Shown: one piece after another, positions 51,138-63,354 of the stretch
Layout: every line of letters begins with the position of its first letter
How positions within the stretch are numbered: position 1 is the first letter of the stretch
Assembly (NCBI GenBank): GCA_028534125.1
Contig: CM052816.1
Coordinates: 5,334,001-5,398,000, forward strand
Direction: 5' to 3'
Origin: Lama glama
Lineage: Eukaryota
DNA: 64,000 nt
Program-made: the position numbers and the translations under genes
Notes under the pieces: model-generated
Seen by the model: only the letters and a program-made list of their open reading frames with translations
Told to the model about the DNA's origin: nothing
Database searches by the model: none

Positions 51138-51440
51138 CTTAAAAAAAATAGGCAAAAACTGTGAAAAAGAAGAAAAGAGGAAGTAAGTTTTGCCTAACAG
51201 AGACCCAGAAATTACACCACCTCAGGGAGCTTTTGGTATTGATTGAACGTCTGCCATCATTTGTTCCTTTATTAATTCCCTCAGTGGAGCTTCATTAGTC
51301 CTGCCCTGTGCCAGCCAGGTTTGCGAGGGTCAGAAAGATGACGGGCATGCAGTGTCCACCCTCCTGGAACTCACAAAACAGCGGGAGAGAAAACAGATGG
51401 CCAGACGTTCCTTTCACGGAAAAGAGAAAGCGACAGGTGT

Positions 51441-51760
51441 GACGCTGTCCAGCAGAAAACATAACACGAGCCACAAATGTGAGTTGCGTATGGAGATTTA
51501 CAACTTCTCGTATTCACATTAAAAAAAATTTTTTTTAAAAGAGGTGAATTGAGTTTTGGTAATATATTTCATTAAGCTCCATATACTCCATTGAAAATAC
51601 TATCATTTCAACATGCAGTGGAAAAGACTTGAGCTTTTTTTTTTTTGTGCTAAGTCTTCAAAATCCAGTGTGTATTTTACACTTGGGTTCATCTCAATTC
51701 AGCTCCATTCCAAGGGCCCGACAGCCCCAGGTGACTAGTGGCTCTGTACTGGACAGGGCA
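51441..51760. mobile_element. MER33/MER3-like hAT element
   Basis: Terminal inverted repeats CGCTGTCCAG...CTGGACAGGG; internal CTAAGTCTTCAAAATCCAGTGTGTATTTTACACTT. Confidence 0.75.
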
Positions 51761-53299
51761 GAGGAAGTGACCCCTGGGTGAGAGCACTGGAGGAAGTGCC
51801 ACAGGACTTTGTTTCCACCAGGGAGAACTGGGGAAGGTTTTATGGATATGAGGGACTTTGGACTGGACTTCAGACAAGCCGAAATGAGAGGCAGGCCGAG
51901 CACACGGCTGGGGCATAGAGTTTCAGGTGTGGGTGGAGCGTGGCAGGGCTGGGCCCAAGGTGCACAGAGCAAGGAAGAGAAGTCAGGTCTAGGTCATCTC
52001 TGCAACCCCAAAGAGGAAGGGAAGAGTTGGCAAATGTGTGTGGAAGGTCTAAACAATCAATCACTCGGACAGCTGAAAGAAAACAGGAATATACAGCAGC
52101 GACAGGAGAGCAGTCCCCGGGGGGCTGGGCACTGAAGGCATTTATTATGTGTTCCGGGACGTGAGCCCATCCTGGTGGGCCCATTAGGAAGCAGTTTCCC
52201 TAATTAAAGGAGGCTGCATTCCAGTGTCTGGGGTCATCAGAAGGTGCCAGATGCTTTCCTATGCCAAGAATCAAGTCTGAAGGCTTGGCCCCAGGGCTGA
52301 GTAAGACTTCCCAAGGTAACACTGCTCCACACAGCTGTTTAATTATCTTCTGTGTTCACCTAAATGCGCAAAGCTTCCCACATCACCTTGCCCATTAAAA
52401 ACCCCGCAGACCTGCTCTTGCCACTGTGGCATGCAGCACCCACTAGTCCTATTTCCTATATAATTAATTCCTGAGGCCCTGAACACGTGGCGGGCTGGAC
52501 CATTAGTACTAACAAGAAGCCACTGGAATAAAATCAAACCCACGCCTGTTTATTAAGGCTCCGGCTGATCCCTGCGTTAGCAGATTTTCCACGATGGCTC
52601 AATATCCTTACAACAGCTCTGATGACAACCACAATCCTTGGCGTTTCCTCTCCTACAGACCTCTCTGAGTTGCAAGAAGAAAATTCTGAAAGTGGGCATG
52701 CCGGAATGTCGTGGTTGGAGAGGGAAGGAAAACTGCAAAAACAAAGGCCACGTGCCTGTGAACAGCTCTCGGGGTCTGAGAAATCAGAGGAACTGCGCTG
52801 GAAGTTCCGTCAGCAGGTTGCAGCTGTGTTGAGCTACATTTCTGCAGGAGACCCCTCAGTGCTGCCGTGGGAAGCTGGAGGTTGTAAGAGCTTGACCTCC
52901 CCTTCAATCCACCCAGCAATGCATCTGTTTTGTATACAGGGGTTCCATGTGGGATTTCATTTTAAAAAGGACCTCTGCTAAAAACAAGCTGACAATCAAA
53001 CCTCCAAACAAGTGAACACATATACTTAGAGGCTGAGCTGGGGCCACTTCCCCATTTCATGGACAGGAAAACTCAGTCTTGCAATGGGTCAGGGATCTGC
53101 CCAAGGTAAATACTCAACCTCTAAATGTCACGATTGATCGGTTAGGAGCTGTTTAGCTATCTTTCCTCCAGCCCTCCTTCCCAATTCTTTTTCCCTCTTC
53201 TGCTAACTAAAGACTGGGAACTTCTTTGATGACTTTAGGTCACTGGTGGAACTAAAGAGGTTCTGCAAACTGAGGCCACCTTAATGGAAGGCACCAATC

Positions 53300-53478
53300 T
53301 AAAGTGTCCAAACTGTGAACGAGCACCACCCAGCCTAGCTGGGAACTTGTTGGCAATGCTGATTCCTGGGCCCCACCCAAGAAGCAGCAGTGGAAACTCC
53401 GGGGGTGGGGCTCAGGATTTGAGTTTTAACAAGTCCTCTGAGATGCTCTGATGCACACGCCAGTTTGAGAATTACTAG
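53300..53478. mobile_element. MER5A-like element
   Basis: GGGAACTTGTTGGCAATGCTGATTCCTGGGCCCCACCC...TTTTAACAAG...CAGTTTGAGAATTACT. Confidence 0.7.
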
Positions 53479-53599
53479 TCTAGAATGATGGAGGTCAAAA
53501 TCCTGCCTGTTGTGTGCTGGTCAGGCCACATCTGGGCTCTTGTACTCAAGCTGAGCAGATATTACTCATTAAAGGTCACATAAACTTTAGATGTGATCA

Positions 53600-53895
53600 C
53601 AGTAAACACAATATCATGGATTTTTTTTAATATTGTGGCTTTTGAGGATTTTTTTTTAATTGCCAGCATGAAAAAATAAAGTTTTTTGTTTGTTTTAATC
53701 AAGATTTTTGGCTTCTCTTGAAAACTCAGAAGACATGTCAATGCTCTGACTGAGCTGGGCCAGCAACAGCAGCTGGCCTGCTAGACAGCACATGGCCCTC
53801 CAGTTTGTCACAGTCCCCATCATTCCTTAGTGCCTTTCACCTGGCTCTCATCTCTCATTTGTGTTACTTGCCTGGCCCCAGTGAGCTTGCAATGT
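53600..53895. mobile_element. MER102-like hAT element
   Basis: GGCTTCTCTTGAAAACTCAGAAGA...CCAGTTTGTCACAGTCCCCA...TGTTACTTGCCTGGCCCC. Confidence 0.6.
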
Positions 53896-54203
53896 GCATA
53901 CAGATTCGTATTCCGGATGAAGAAGATTAGAAACTGTGTTGTACAAGGGCTAGGAGATGAGAGACCATGGGGGACACAGGAGGATTTATGTTGTTCTGTG
54001 AGGTGCCGAGGCTAGAGTGAGTACCAAGGGCAGAAGTTACTGAATGACTGAGAGGTTAGCTTAGATAGAGAAGAAATTCCAAAAGTTGGCTTGGTGTTAG
54101 GATGAAACAGCCACTTGGAAGAAAGCACTAGAGGAAACCAGGAAGAGGATGCTCGCCAGTTCTTCAGAATGTGAAGGAGGGGAGTCAATTGCTAGGTTAG
54201 GGC

Positions 54204-54362
54204 CAGCGCTTCTCAGATCATCATGCGGAGTACAAACATGTGAGGAGCTTGTTAAGCACAGATTCTGATATAGGAAGTCTGGAGCCTGAGAATCTGCTTT
54301 TCTAACAAGCTCCCACATGATGCCACTGACACTGATCCCCAAAGGACATTTGGAGTGGCAAG
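54204..54362. mobile_element. MER5-like element
   Basis: GAGCTTGTTAAGCACAGATT...CCTGAGAATCTGCTTTTCTAACAAGCTCCCA. Confidence 0.7.
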
Positions 54363-56625
54363 GGTTAGGCGATCTTTAAAAGGACATTTCAAGAGTCTAA
54401 GATTCCAGGAGGGACACTGTTTCCTCCATATGCTCACGAAATTCTTCCTGCGCTGCTGAGAATGGGGCACAGGAATGAATCCCACAGTTGTGACTGCAGA
54501 GAAGTGAACTCCCTTGAATCTCGTTCTCAGAATGAACAGTGAATTGTTGAACTAACAGAGTAGAGAACTAAGGTTCCAAAATTCTAGGAATTTTTTTTTC
54601 TGATGGCATCTACCACCTCGCTGCCTTTGCCTTAGTGATGTATGTCCCTCTGGAGTCATTTGCAGACATGGCCTGTTTTATGTGGTCTCATTAGTTCTTA
54701 CCTCTTTCCTAGACGAAGAGGACTTCGGAGTCTGCTGACACAGGCCTTCTGCATGCCTGAGCATGTAGTTAGTAGGGGGTCTGCAAATATCCCACCTAAG
54801 CAGCTGCTCAGAAACAACTAGCCCACCCCTCTCCCATCTCATAGATGGGGAAACTGAGGTTCGAAGAGGCCAAGCTACCCAACCCAGGCCACACAAGCAG
54901 GCCAGAGGATGAAAGCCATGTTCTTGGACTCCCAGGCTGATTCTGAGTGGACAGAGTCCTCGCAGTGTGACCTTGGACAAGCTACAAGAGTCACTGGCAT
55001 CCCGATTTTCCTACCTGCAAAATGGAGACAGCACTACCTGCCCCAAAGGTACTGTCAGATAAACCGAGAAACTCACAAACTGCACATCAGGAGCACTCTC
55101 AGAATTTATACAGAGAATGTGAGTACCAATTCCCTTAGGATTTTACAAATATACTGTAAATTGACATCATCTCATCAAATCACTTTGATATAGGACTCAA
55201 GTTTTACTATAAAGGTTAAAAAGATTTCTAATAATAGGTCTGAGCTTTGGGTAAGAGAAAGAATTGGTTTCAATCCTAAAATCACAGAGCGTTCAGAGCC
55301 CAAAGGGCCTTTGGAATCCTATCCAGAAATTGCGGTCAGGAATCTCTGAGGTTCATCCATGGAAACCCCACAGATAGATCATTCAAACTATCCCCAATGT
55401 TTATCAAGACCTCCTCTGTGCCAGGCACTGTGCTAGGCACTGGGGGTACAGATGTGACAACACAGATCCCATGTAGGCACTAATGGGGTTGACAGCCAGA
55501 TCAGTCCCTCTCATACGGTGGTTCTGGGCACACGGAACCCTCATTAGAGATATAAATTCCTGGGCTGTATCATTAAATCAAAGTACCTGGGCACAAGAGG
55601 CCAGGAAGATAGATTTTTAAACACATTTCCCATGTGATTTCGATTCACAATAAAGGTGGAAAAGCACTTGTCAAAATCCAGCTGCCTCACTTACAGATAT
55701 GAAATCTGAGGCTAACAGAGTAGAACAGACTTGCCCGAAATCCCATAGTTTGCCAGCCCCAAGCATCAAACCAGATCTGGGTGTGTTCTCTCCCTGGGTT
55801 AGACTGTGAGCTCCTGGAAGGCAGAGGCATGTCTGTTTTGATTCATCACTGTGCGTTCCTCAGCCGATATCTGAGGTCCTCGGTAAACATCAGGTGAATG
55901 ACTGAGTGAATGAGTATGCAACAGTGGGGCTGGAAGTCGAGTCTGATGACTCAGAGCATTCTGATTCCAGAGTTGGAAAAACCTAGGTTTTACTTCCTGG
56001 GCAGGTGGACCCCAGTTTCCTTGACTGATAAACAGGGGAAAGTAACTGACTAACCCGCAGGTCGTGGAGAGGATGAAATGAGCGAATCATCTCCATAGCG
56101 CATCCAGCTCAGCGTCTGGGACAAAGTGAGGCCCTCTTCAGTAAAGCAGTACAAGTCATAATGTGCTATTTTTAGAGAAACTTTATGACCTGGTGTTTGT
56201 GATGGTCACGTTTGGGGGGAAAGGAGAGGGATGGAAATCTAATAATAAAACTGGGCTCTGCAGTGGGAACCTATTTGACACCTGAGCCCATTTAACTGGC
56301 TATTGCTGATAACAGGATTTAGAGAGTTTCCTCATTAACAGGAGGTCATATGCCCATGTGGAAATTCACTGTCATATGGGAAAGAAGAAAGTTCTTAGTT
56401 AATAGTGGCATTCTACAATAGGAACAATGCCACAGACCTTTTGCAAGAAGGAAAACATGGAACAATGCTTCTCAGAAGACAGCGATTCTTATGCAACAGC
56501 AATCACTTAATCTTATGCAAAGAGGCACATCTGGATTTTAATCCAGAGGTAATTTTAAGTTTCTTTGACAGGTCCCGGAATTGTCTATAAAGGCTGTGAT
56601 TATTTTCCTTCAGCAACTATCTTTT

Positions 56626-56762
56626 TAAAATTTATTGTGTTTTTTGGGGGGGGTAATTAGGTTTATTTATTTACTTTGATGGAAGTACTAGGGATTGAAC
56701 CCAGGACCTTACACACGCTAGGCATGTGCTCTACCACTTGAGCTGAATCCCCCCACTCCCTG
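56626..56762 (-). mobile_element. tRNA-Ala-derived camelid SINE
   Basis: Reverse complement contains AGCTCAAGTGGTAGAG and GGTTCAATCC; TSD AGCAAC(T/C)ATCTTTT (56612-56625 and 56763-56776). Confidence 0.9.
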
Positions 56763-57021
56763 AGCAACCATCTTTTGCTACTTGCCTTCCCCTCTGTTTC
56801 CAAATGTCCTTCTGCTACAGGAAGCACAAGGGTTGGGAAGGAGCACAGGGCAAGGGAGGTGAGGGAGAGTTTGTGGAGGTGGCTGGCAGAATTAATGTGG
56901 AAATCACATTACACGATAAATTGGAAATGGATTTCGACTGGCTGCTCTAAATAACTGCTTCTGGTATCTGCATGCTTTTACTTAACATTTCACTGAAAGA
57001 ATCGATTAGTGTTCAAACAGC

Positions 57022-57041
57022 CACACACACACACACACACA
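57022..57041. repeat. (CA)n microsatellite
   Basis: Direct inspection. Confidence 0.9.
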
Positions 57042-57682
57042 AATGGAATCTTAATCTTTTGTTTAGCCACTTTTAGCGTGCCTGGCATCCTTTGGAGGAA
57101 CGGGAGAAAGGTGGTGAAGTGAGCCAACTGTCTTCTGCCCAAGGAGAAAGATCTGTTAAAGTATGTACTCTAATCCCGACACTGCAGATGCGGCATCTCC
57201 AGCTCAGAGAGGACACTCAGCTGGCTAGTGTCTTCAAAACAATGGGAAAAGGGCTGTCCCTTTGAAAATGGCAATGCTTAAAGGAAAACTGAGCAAGTCA
57301 TCTGCTTCATGCAGGGTCTGAGGACATATAACGGATTAGATTCTGCTGCCAATTTTAGGAGAGTTCCCCCCCCCCATTAACTCTCCTCTCCAAAAACCCT
57401 ATAAAAGTGCTGGAATGATTTTGCTTTGAGGCTTAGATGACTCTATATAATTCCAAACATTTGTTTATCTGCTAAGTAGATTATTCTAATAACCTTCATA
57501 CACACACACAGACACACAGCAAAGCATTCTCCTCAAGGTTGCCTTCAAGGTTACACTTCAAAGAGGGCCAGGTAGGGCTTAATTTAGCCAAAAGCATAAA
57601 GTTAACTTGAAGCAAGGGGATTTGGACAATTGGAAAATCTACTTTCTTCATGAGTTTTGAGGACATAAGATGAACTGTTTTT

Positions 57683-57817
57683 TTTAAATTAATCTTTTTG
57701 GGGGGGGGGAATTAGGTTATTTATTTATTTATTTATTTGATGGAGGTACTGGGGATTGAACCCAGGACCTCATGCATGCTAGGCATGCACTCTACCACTG
57801 AGCTATACCCTCCCCCC
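57683..57817 (-). mobile_element. tRNA-Ala-derived camelid SINE (best-preserved copy)
   Basis: Reverse complement GGGTATAGCTCAGTGGTAGAGTGCATGCCTAGCATGCATGAGGTCCTGGGTTCAATCCCCAGTACCTCCA plus (TAAA)n; TSD GAACTGTTTTT (57672-57682 and 57818-57828). Confidence 0.92.
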
Positions 57818-59164
57818 GAACTGTTTTTATTTATTCATTCCCCCCACAAAAGAGGATGACTTCATTGATGAATTGAAGACCTAAAGAACTGTGGGGGAAA
57901 TAAAGTAAGATAATTCTTGGCCTCAACAAACAGCATGGATAGAAGAAAGAAAAAAAACCACACAACACTGTAACGTGAGTGCCTTGACAGTTGTACAGGT
58001 AAATTCTAGAGGTATTTACAAGAGCCAAAGGTGAAATTCTACCTAAGACCATCAGGGAACAATTCCTGCAGAAGCAAGATCTTTGAGAGTTGCTTTGGAG
58101 GATGGGTAGGATTTTGACTGGTGGCAATTGGGGAATGGAGTCTAGCACTAGCAGGTGTGGAGAGATAGAGGTTAGCAAGTAAAGGACCTGTTTACATAAT
58201 GGCAAGGAGCCTGATTTGGATGGGGTGAGTAGGATGCAAAAGAGCAGGGAGGCCAGGAAGTCTGGATTGGAATCTGAGGGGCCTACGTTTGAGCTCTTTG
58301 GCAGGTGGAAGCCATGAGAGGTGTCTAAGCAAGGAACGGGCTGGAGTAGAACTCCAAGAATAAAATAAAATGTTACTACCTAGCCACCAGTAATTAACTT
58401 TAGAATCCCCCTCTTCCTGGGAGAGATGCAGGGAGAAACATCTTGTTTTCATTCAGAGGAAATGCTCCCTCATTGCTGGCTGAGGACCACTCCCCGCCAC
58501 AAGTCAGACTGCAGGGAGCTCACCTAACCCCGGCTCTCATCTAGTAGGCTGCTGTTCTGAGAAAACCGACCTTTCATGACAACCAGGACCAAGCAGTATA
58601 AGCAATCACACCTAAAGGGTACGATTTATGAATGGACGGGGCACTCTAACCCAGCAACCACAAGAGTAGGCTGGCCCGGCCCACGTCAGGCAGATCCTGC
58701 TGTTCCACCCAACAATCAATTTTCCTCGCTCCAATAACTCTGTGGTCTCAACAGCAGGATGTTGGAATCTGCAGTCTGGACGGGGCCCCTTTCCCTAAGA
58801 GGGCGAGCTCATACACAAATAGGGACCTTTGTTTCAAAAGGCTGACAGTGCTTCCAAGGGCAGAACCATCCCACCCGTCCAATTCACCCTTTTGTTTTGT
58901 GCAGATGGCTTTAGAAAAGGTCATTTGCTTCTTAGGGTGTGAGAGCTCATTAAAACACTTAAACAGCAGAGAGAAAAAGAGCCAAGGTATTTCGTAATAC
59001 CTATTATCTAAAGGGCAGATGGAGCCTTCAGTAACTTTTCCCTTTCTAAAAGAATGATTGCAACTTGTATCATTTCCTTCAGAGTAAGTTTCCAAAGGTT
59101 TTATCACAGGAAAAACAAGCAAACAACACCACTCTGATAATGTGATAATGTTCATCTGGGTTTC

Positions 59165-59870
59165 TCACCCATCCATCCATCTCTCCACTTAAATGTTTAA
59201 TGGATACTAGCACGTGCCAGTCTCTGTGCAAGCTGTAAAGAATACACTGGTGAACAAGATAGATAAGGACCCGGCTCTCATAGAGCTTAGAGTAGTGTGT
59301 GTGGCAGCAGGGAACATAGACTTTAATCCAGAACCACAAAGAAATTTAAATAGTTATAGTGGCCTGTGCAAAAAAGAAAGGTACATGGTGCAGAGAGTCC
59401 TTTTCATTCAGATCACATCAGCTCAGGAGGGTCTGATCCAGACAGCAAAGTCACAAAAGGCTTCCCTGAAGAAATGGATGGAGTATGATCAGGATTAACT
59501 CAGCAGAGAGAAGAACAGAACACTGTAGACAGAGGAAAGGGAGGATGTGCAAAGGCCCTGTGGCTGAGCAAATGTGAAGTACAGGAGGGACTAGAAGAAG
59601 AGCAGCAGCATATGTGCTGCACAGAGAAGGAGGGGAACCCTGGTAGGGATGAGAGGTGGGCAGGAATCAGGATTTTGTTTTTCCCCAGAAGCACCTGGAA
59701 ATCAAGTATTTCGCAGAAGGTGGCAAGATCAGGGTGCATTTGGAAAGCTCTCTTGTAGCCAAGTGGAGAAGCGATTAGAAGGCCAGGAGGAAGGGTGGAA
59801 CATAGGGAGGGGGCTATCACAGAGGTACAGGCAGAGATGAGGCCAGTTTAGACAGCAAGGCAGAAGCGGG
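59165..59870 (-). mobile_element. L2 LINE fragment
   Basis: CATCCATCCATC...CACGTGCCAG...GGTGAACAAGATAG...GGCTTCCCTGAAGAA...GTGCAAAGGCCCTG. Confidence 0.7.
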
Positions 59871-61104
59871 ACACAAGCATTTTTGTCTTTTTAAAATAGA
59901 ATCACAAGGGTCCTGCAAGTCTGCTGTCAAGAAATACAGCCTAGGAACTTGAACACGGGTGATATGTTCATCTTTCAGGTCCACAGATGCGGGGAGGCTG
60001 ACCTGGGGACTGAGCCTAGATGTCCCCTCACCTAGCCTGGTGCTTGTTTCATCACGTGTTATTCTCAAGTTTTAACCCTGTTCATAGACAGAAAGTCGGG
60101 AAGTCAGACCTAATGGAACTGTTTCATATATATATTTGAGCTTCGGGAATTCAGTGACACAGGGTCCAAAAGAAAGAGAGAAATCGTAACTGGGAAGTCT
60201 GGCGATTATCCTGTCCCTGTGCTCAGCGAGTCTGTACCTTGGATGGTGTCCCCAGGGGCCTCATTCTCTCTGGCCTCTGGTACTGTGAGCACTTTGGTGC
60301 CGAGCGAGCCCACTCTTGGAAGATAACTGTTTTCATTACCTCAGAAGGCACTGCAACGACTTCAACCAAAGAAATAGTCATCAGTTTTAATGCTGGAGGA
60401 AAAACTGCATAAATTTGGTTTCTGAGAGGTGGTTTGTCTTAACATTCCATGGGTGACTGTCAAGGGTGATTCTGATTTTATGCTAATTTCACCTTAAGTG
60501 AGTTTATTATAACCTAATCCTTTCAAAAGATGAGACTTTACTATTATTACCATGATAGCCACTTTGTAAATGACAAACTGAGGCTTGGAGAGAAAATTGA
60601 TAGGAAAGCGTTCTGCAAACTGCCAAACACCACATGAGTGCAATCATCACAGCGAATGGTTCTGAGCACACGTCGGCCTGCTGATCCCACATCTCCATGC
60701 CTGGAAAGGTGCGAGGGGCCTGCTCGGCTCTCAGGAAAGGACAACTTGTGGAAGTGAATCTTATGTCTGTGCCTTGTTCACAAGGGGTCTTGAAAATCTC
60801 AGTCTAGCTGATGTGTAAACAACCCGAGGAAGCCCTCTAAAAAGCGTTCTTCTCAGAGGCTTGGCAAATGGAGCAAAACTGAGGGTCATTACATCGCTCT
60901 GCAGAGCAGATCTGGCTGGGTCAAGGGGAAGGCAGGCAAAACTGGTAGGCTGAGCAGAAGGCAAGTTCCAGCCTTCCAGGGACCAAAAAATGGCCGCAAA
61001 CACATCCCGTTAGCTGGGGAATTAGGGCTGAGCTACCAAGTAACAGACTAGTCGCTCTATTAATAGTAATAACTACAATCATAATCACCTACATTCTGAA
61101 GACA

Positions 61105-61352
61105 GCAAAACAAAGTCTGTAAGAGCACTTGCTTTGGAGTCAGAAGCACTTAAGCTTGCGACACAGTTCTACTGCTTACTAGCTGTGCGACCTTAGGCAA
61201 GTGACACTGTTTTTCCAAACTGTGGTTCCTCCGTTGTAAAATGGGGGCTTTCAACAGTATCTAACGGCAGGGTTACTGTGAGAAGTGACGCTCTCAACAG
61301 TGTCTGGTATTTAGGAAGCACTAAAAATCATAGCTGCCATTATTAGTTATTA
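61105..61352 (+). mobile_element. MIR SINE
   Basis: GCTTTGGAGTCAGA...CTTACTAGCTGTGCGACCTTAGGCAAGTGAC...TGTAAAATGGGG. Confidence 0.75.
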
Positions 61353-62447
61353 TTTGGATAGCCCTTTGCAACTTACAAAGCATCTTTACCTGTATTATCC
61401 CATTTCTTCCTCACAGTCGATGCCAGGACAAAGGCAGGCACTGCCGGCCTACTGTAATACTTTTTCCCATGGGTCCCAGGCCCCAAGAATCCTTCTCAAC
61501 ACTGTACTCCTCGCAGCCCTTACTAGTCAACTAAGGCTGGCCAGAGGACAGGACAGGACCCATCAGCCACACCTGCCTTAAGCTGGAAGAGCGAATTCCC
61601 AAGTACACCCGGCAGGTAGTGGCCCACTGGTTGATGTCTTCAGGCTGGCTTGCTGCTCACTGCTTGCAAAGGTGCCCCGAGGCACGCGGAAGCAGAGAAG
61701 CAGAAGGTGGTGGAGGGCTGCCCCCTCCTCTGGTGCTGCCCTCCCCTCATCCACAACTGCTAGGGGCCCCCTTGTGCCATGCCTCATACTCACAGGACCG
61801 GAATGCTGAGTGGCAGCTGAGATGCTGTCTCCTCTGATGGGCCACTGGGCCCAGGAATCCTTTCTCTGTTACAGCACACAATGGTCCCTGAGATCGGCTT
61901 GGGCACTTAGGGGATAGGAAGCTCCCTTCCTCCATACAGATGACTGTAGGTCTCAGAAAACTCCTCCTAGTACTGAGCTCCTTGGGCTCCTTCCTGGCCC
62001 ACGAGGGAAGTCTCTGACTAGACTACGACCCTGGTCTCCTCCACCTGCCATCCTGGAACGTCTGAACTCCTTCCCCCTCTCCATTTCTCTTGAGGTGTAA
62101 GCCACAAAGGACTCTGAACTCCGAACAGTACCCCCACCTCCCCAACCCCCACCTTACTCTCGCTTTGGCATCCTCGTCCGTAAATAATGAGCTCCTAGAC
62201 ATACAGTGCCCCAAGCAGCATATGCGATGTACCCACAATGGCACAAAGGATGGTCTTCTCAGAACACACGACTCTGCTGTGAAAGTAGCCACTCCTGCAG
62301 AGATGAATCCAAATCCTCAGACAAGCCTTCCCTGATCTCCCGGGCTAGATCACAGTCCCTGGGGGTCCCCTTAGAGCTCCTTTGTGATTTCACATTCATT
62401 CAGGGGGCTTATTTCATTAGTCCGTCTCTCCTCAAATTGTGAGCTCC

Positions 62448-62947
62448 NNNNNNNNNNNNNNNNNNNNNNNNNNNNNNNNNNNNNNNNNNNNNNNNNNNNN
62501 NNNNNNNNNNNNNNNNNNNNNNNNNNNNNNNNNNNNNNNNNNNNNNNNNNNNNNNNNNNNNNNNNNNNNNNNNNNNNNNNNNNNNNNNNNNNNNNNNNNN
62601 NNNNNNNNNNNNNNNNNNNNNNNNNNNNNNNNNNNNNNNNNNNNNNNNNNNNNNNNNNNNNNNNNNNNNNNNNNNNNNNNNNNNNNNNNNNNNNNNNNNN
62701 NNNNNNNNNNNNNNNNNNNNNNNNNNNNNNNNNNNNNNNNNNNNNNNNNNNNNNNNNNNNNNNNNNNNNNNNNNNNNNNNNNNNNNNNNNNNNNNNNNNN
62801 NNNNNNNNNNNNNNNNNNNNNNNNNNNNNNNNNNNNNNNNNNNNNNNNNNNNNNNNNNNNNNNNNNNNNNNNNNNNNNNNNNNNNNNNNNNNNNNNNNNN
62901 NNNNNNNNNNNNNNNNNNNNNNNNNNNNNNNNNNNNNNNNNNNNNNN
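62448..62947. other. Assembly gap (500 N placeholder)
   Basis: Exactly 500 N. Confidence 0.99.
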
Positions 62948-63080
62948 CTGGGAGAGTTATTCCTCCAGCCTCTTTCTTTCTCTTCAGTAATGCTTTAGCA
63001 ATTCTAGGTCTTTGATGGTTCCATATAAATTTTATTATGATTTGTTCTAGTTCTGTGAAATATGTCCTGGGTAATTGGAT
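62948..63080 (-). mobile_element. Young L1 ORF2 fragment running into the gap
   Basis: Minus strand translates without stops as [43 protein letters not shown]. Confidence 0.9.
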
Positions 63081-63354
63081 CCAGACTTTTTAAAGTCAGA
63101 GGAAAATAAACTTTTTTTGCGTTTAAGCCATTCAGATCTAATCTTAACTGATACAAGCTTCTTCTCTTGAGGCCTGAAATCCTGAGAAGCAACTTGGTGC
63201 AGTGAAGAGGACCCTGAAGGAGAACCCAGAAGACCCAAGTTTCAGACTCCTCGCTCTGTGTTTATGAACAGTGAGGCAGGAGGCAGGTCCCTTGTCTTTC
63301 TAGGTCTCCATTCTTTGACTGCAGAATGGAGTCAAAGTAACATGGTTAACGTGA

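Noticed and set aside
56166..56175. Perfect MEF2 site CTATTTTTAG
   Set aside because: A single AT-rich 10-mer next to a MIR end can occur by chance in 64 kb; no supporting cluster.
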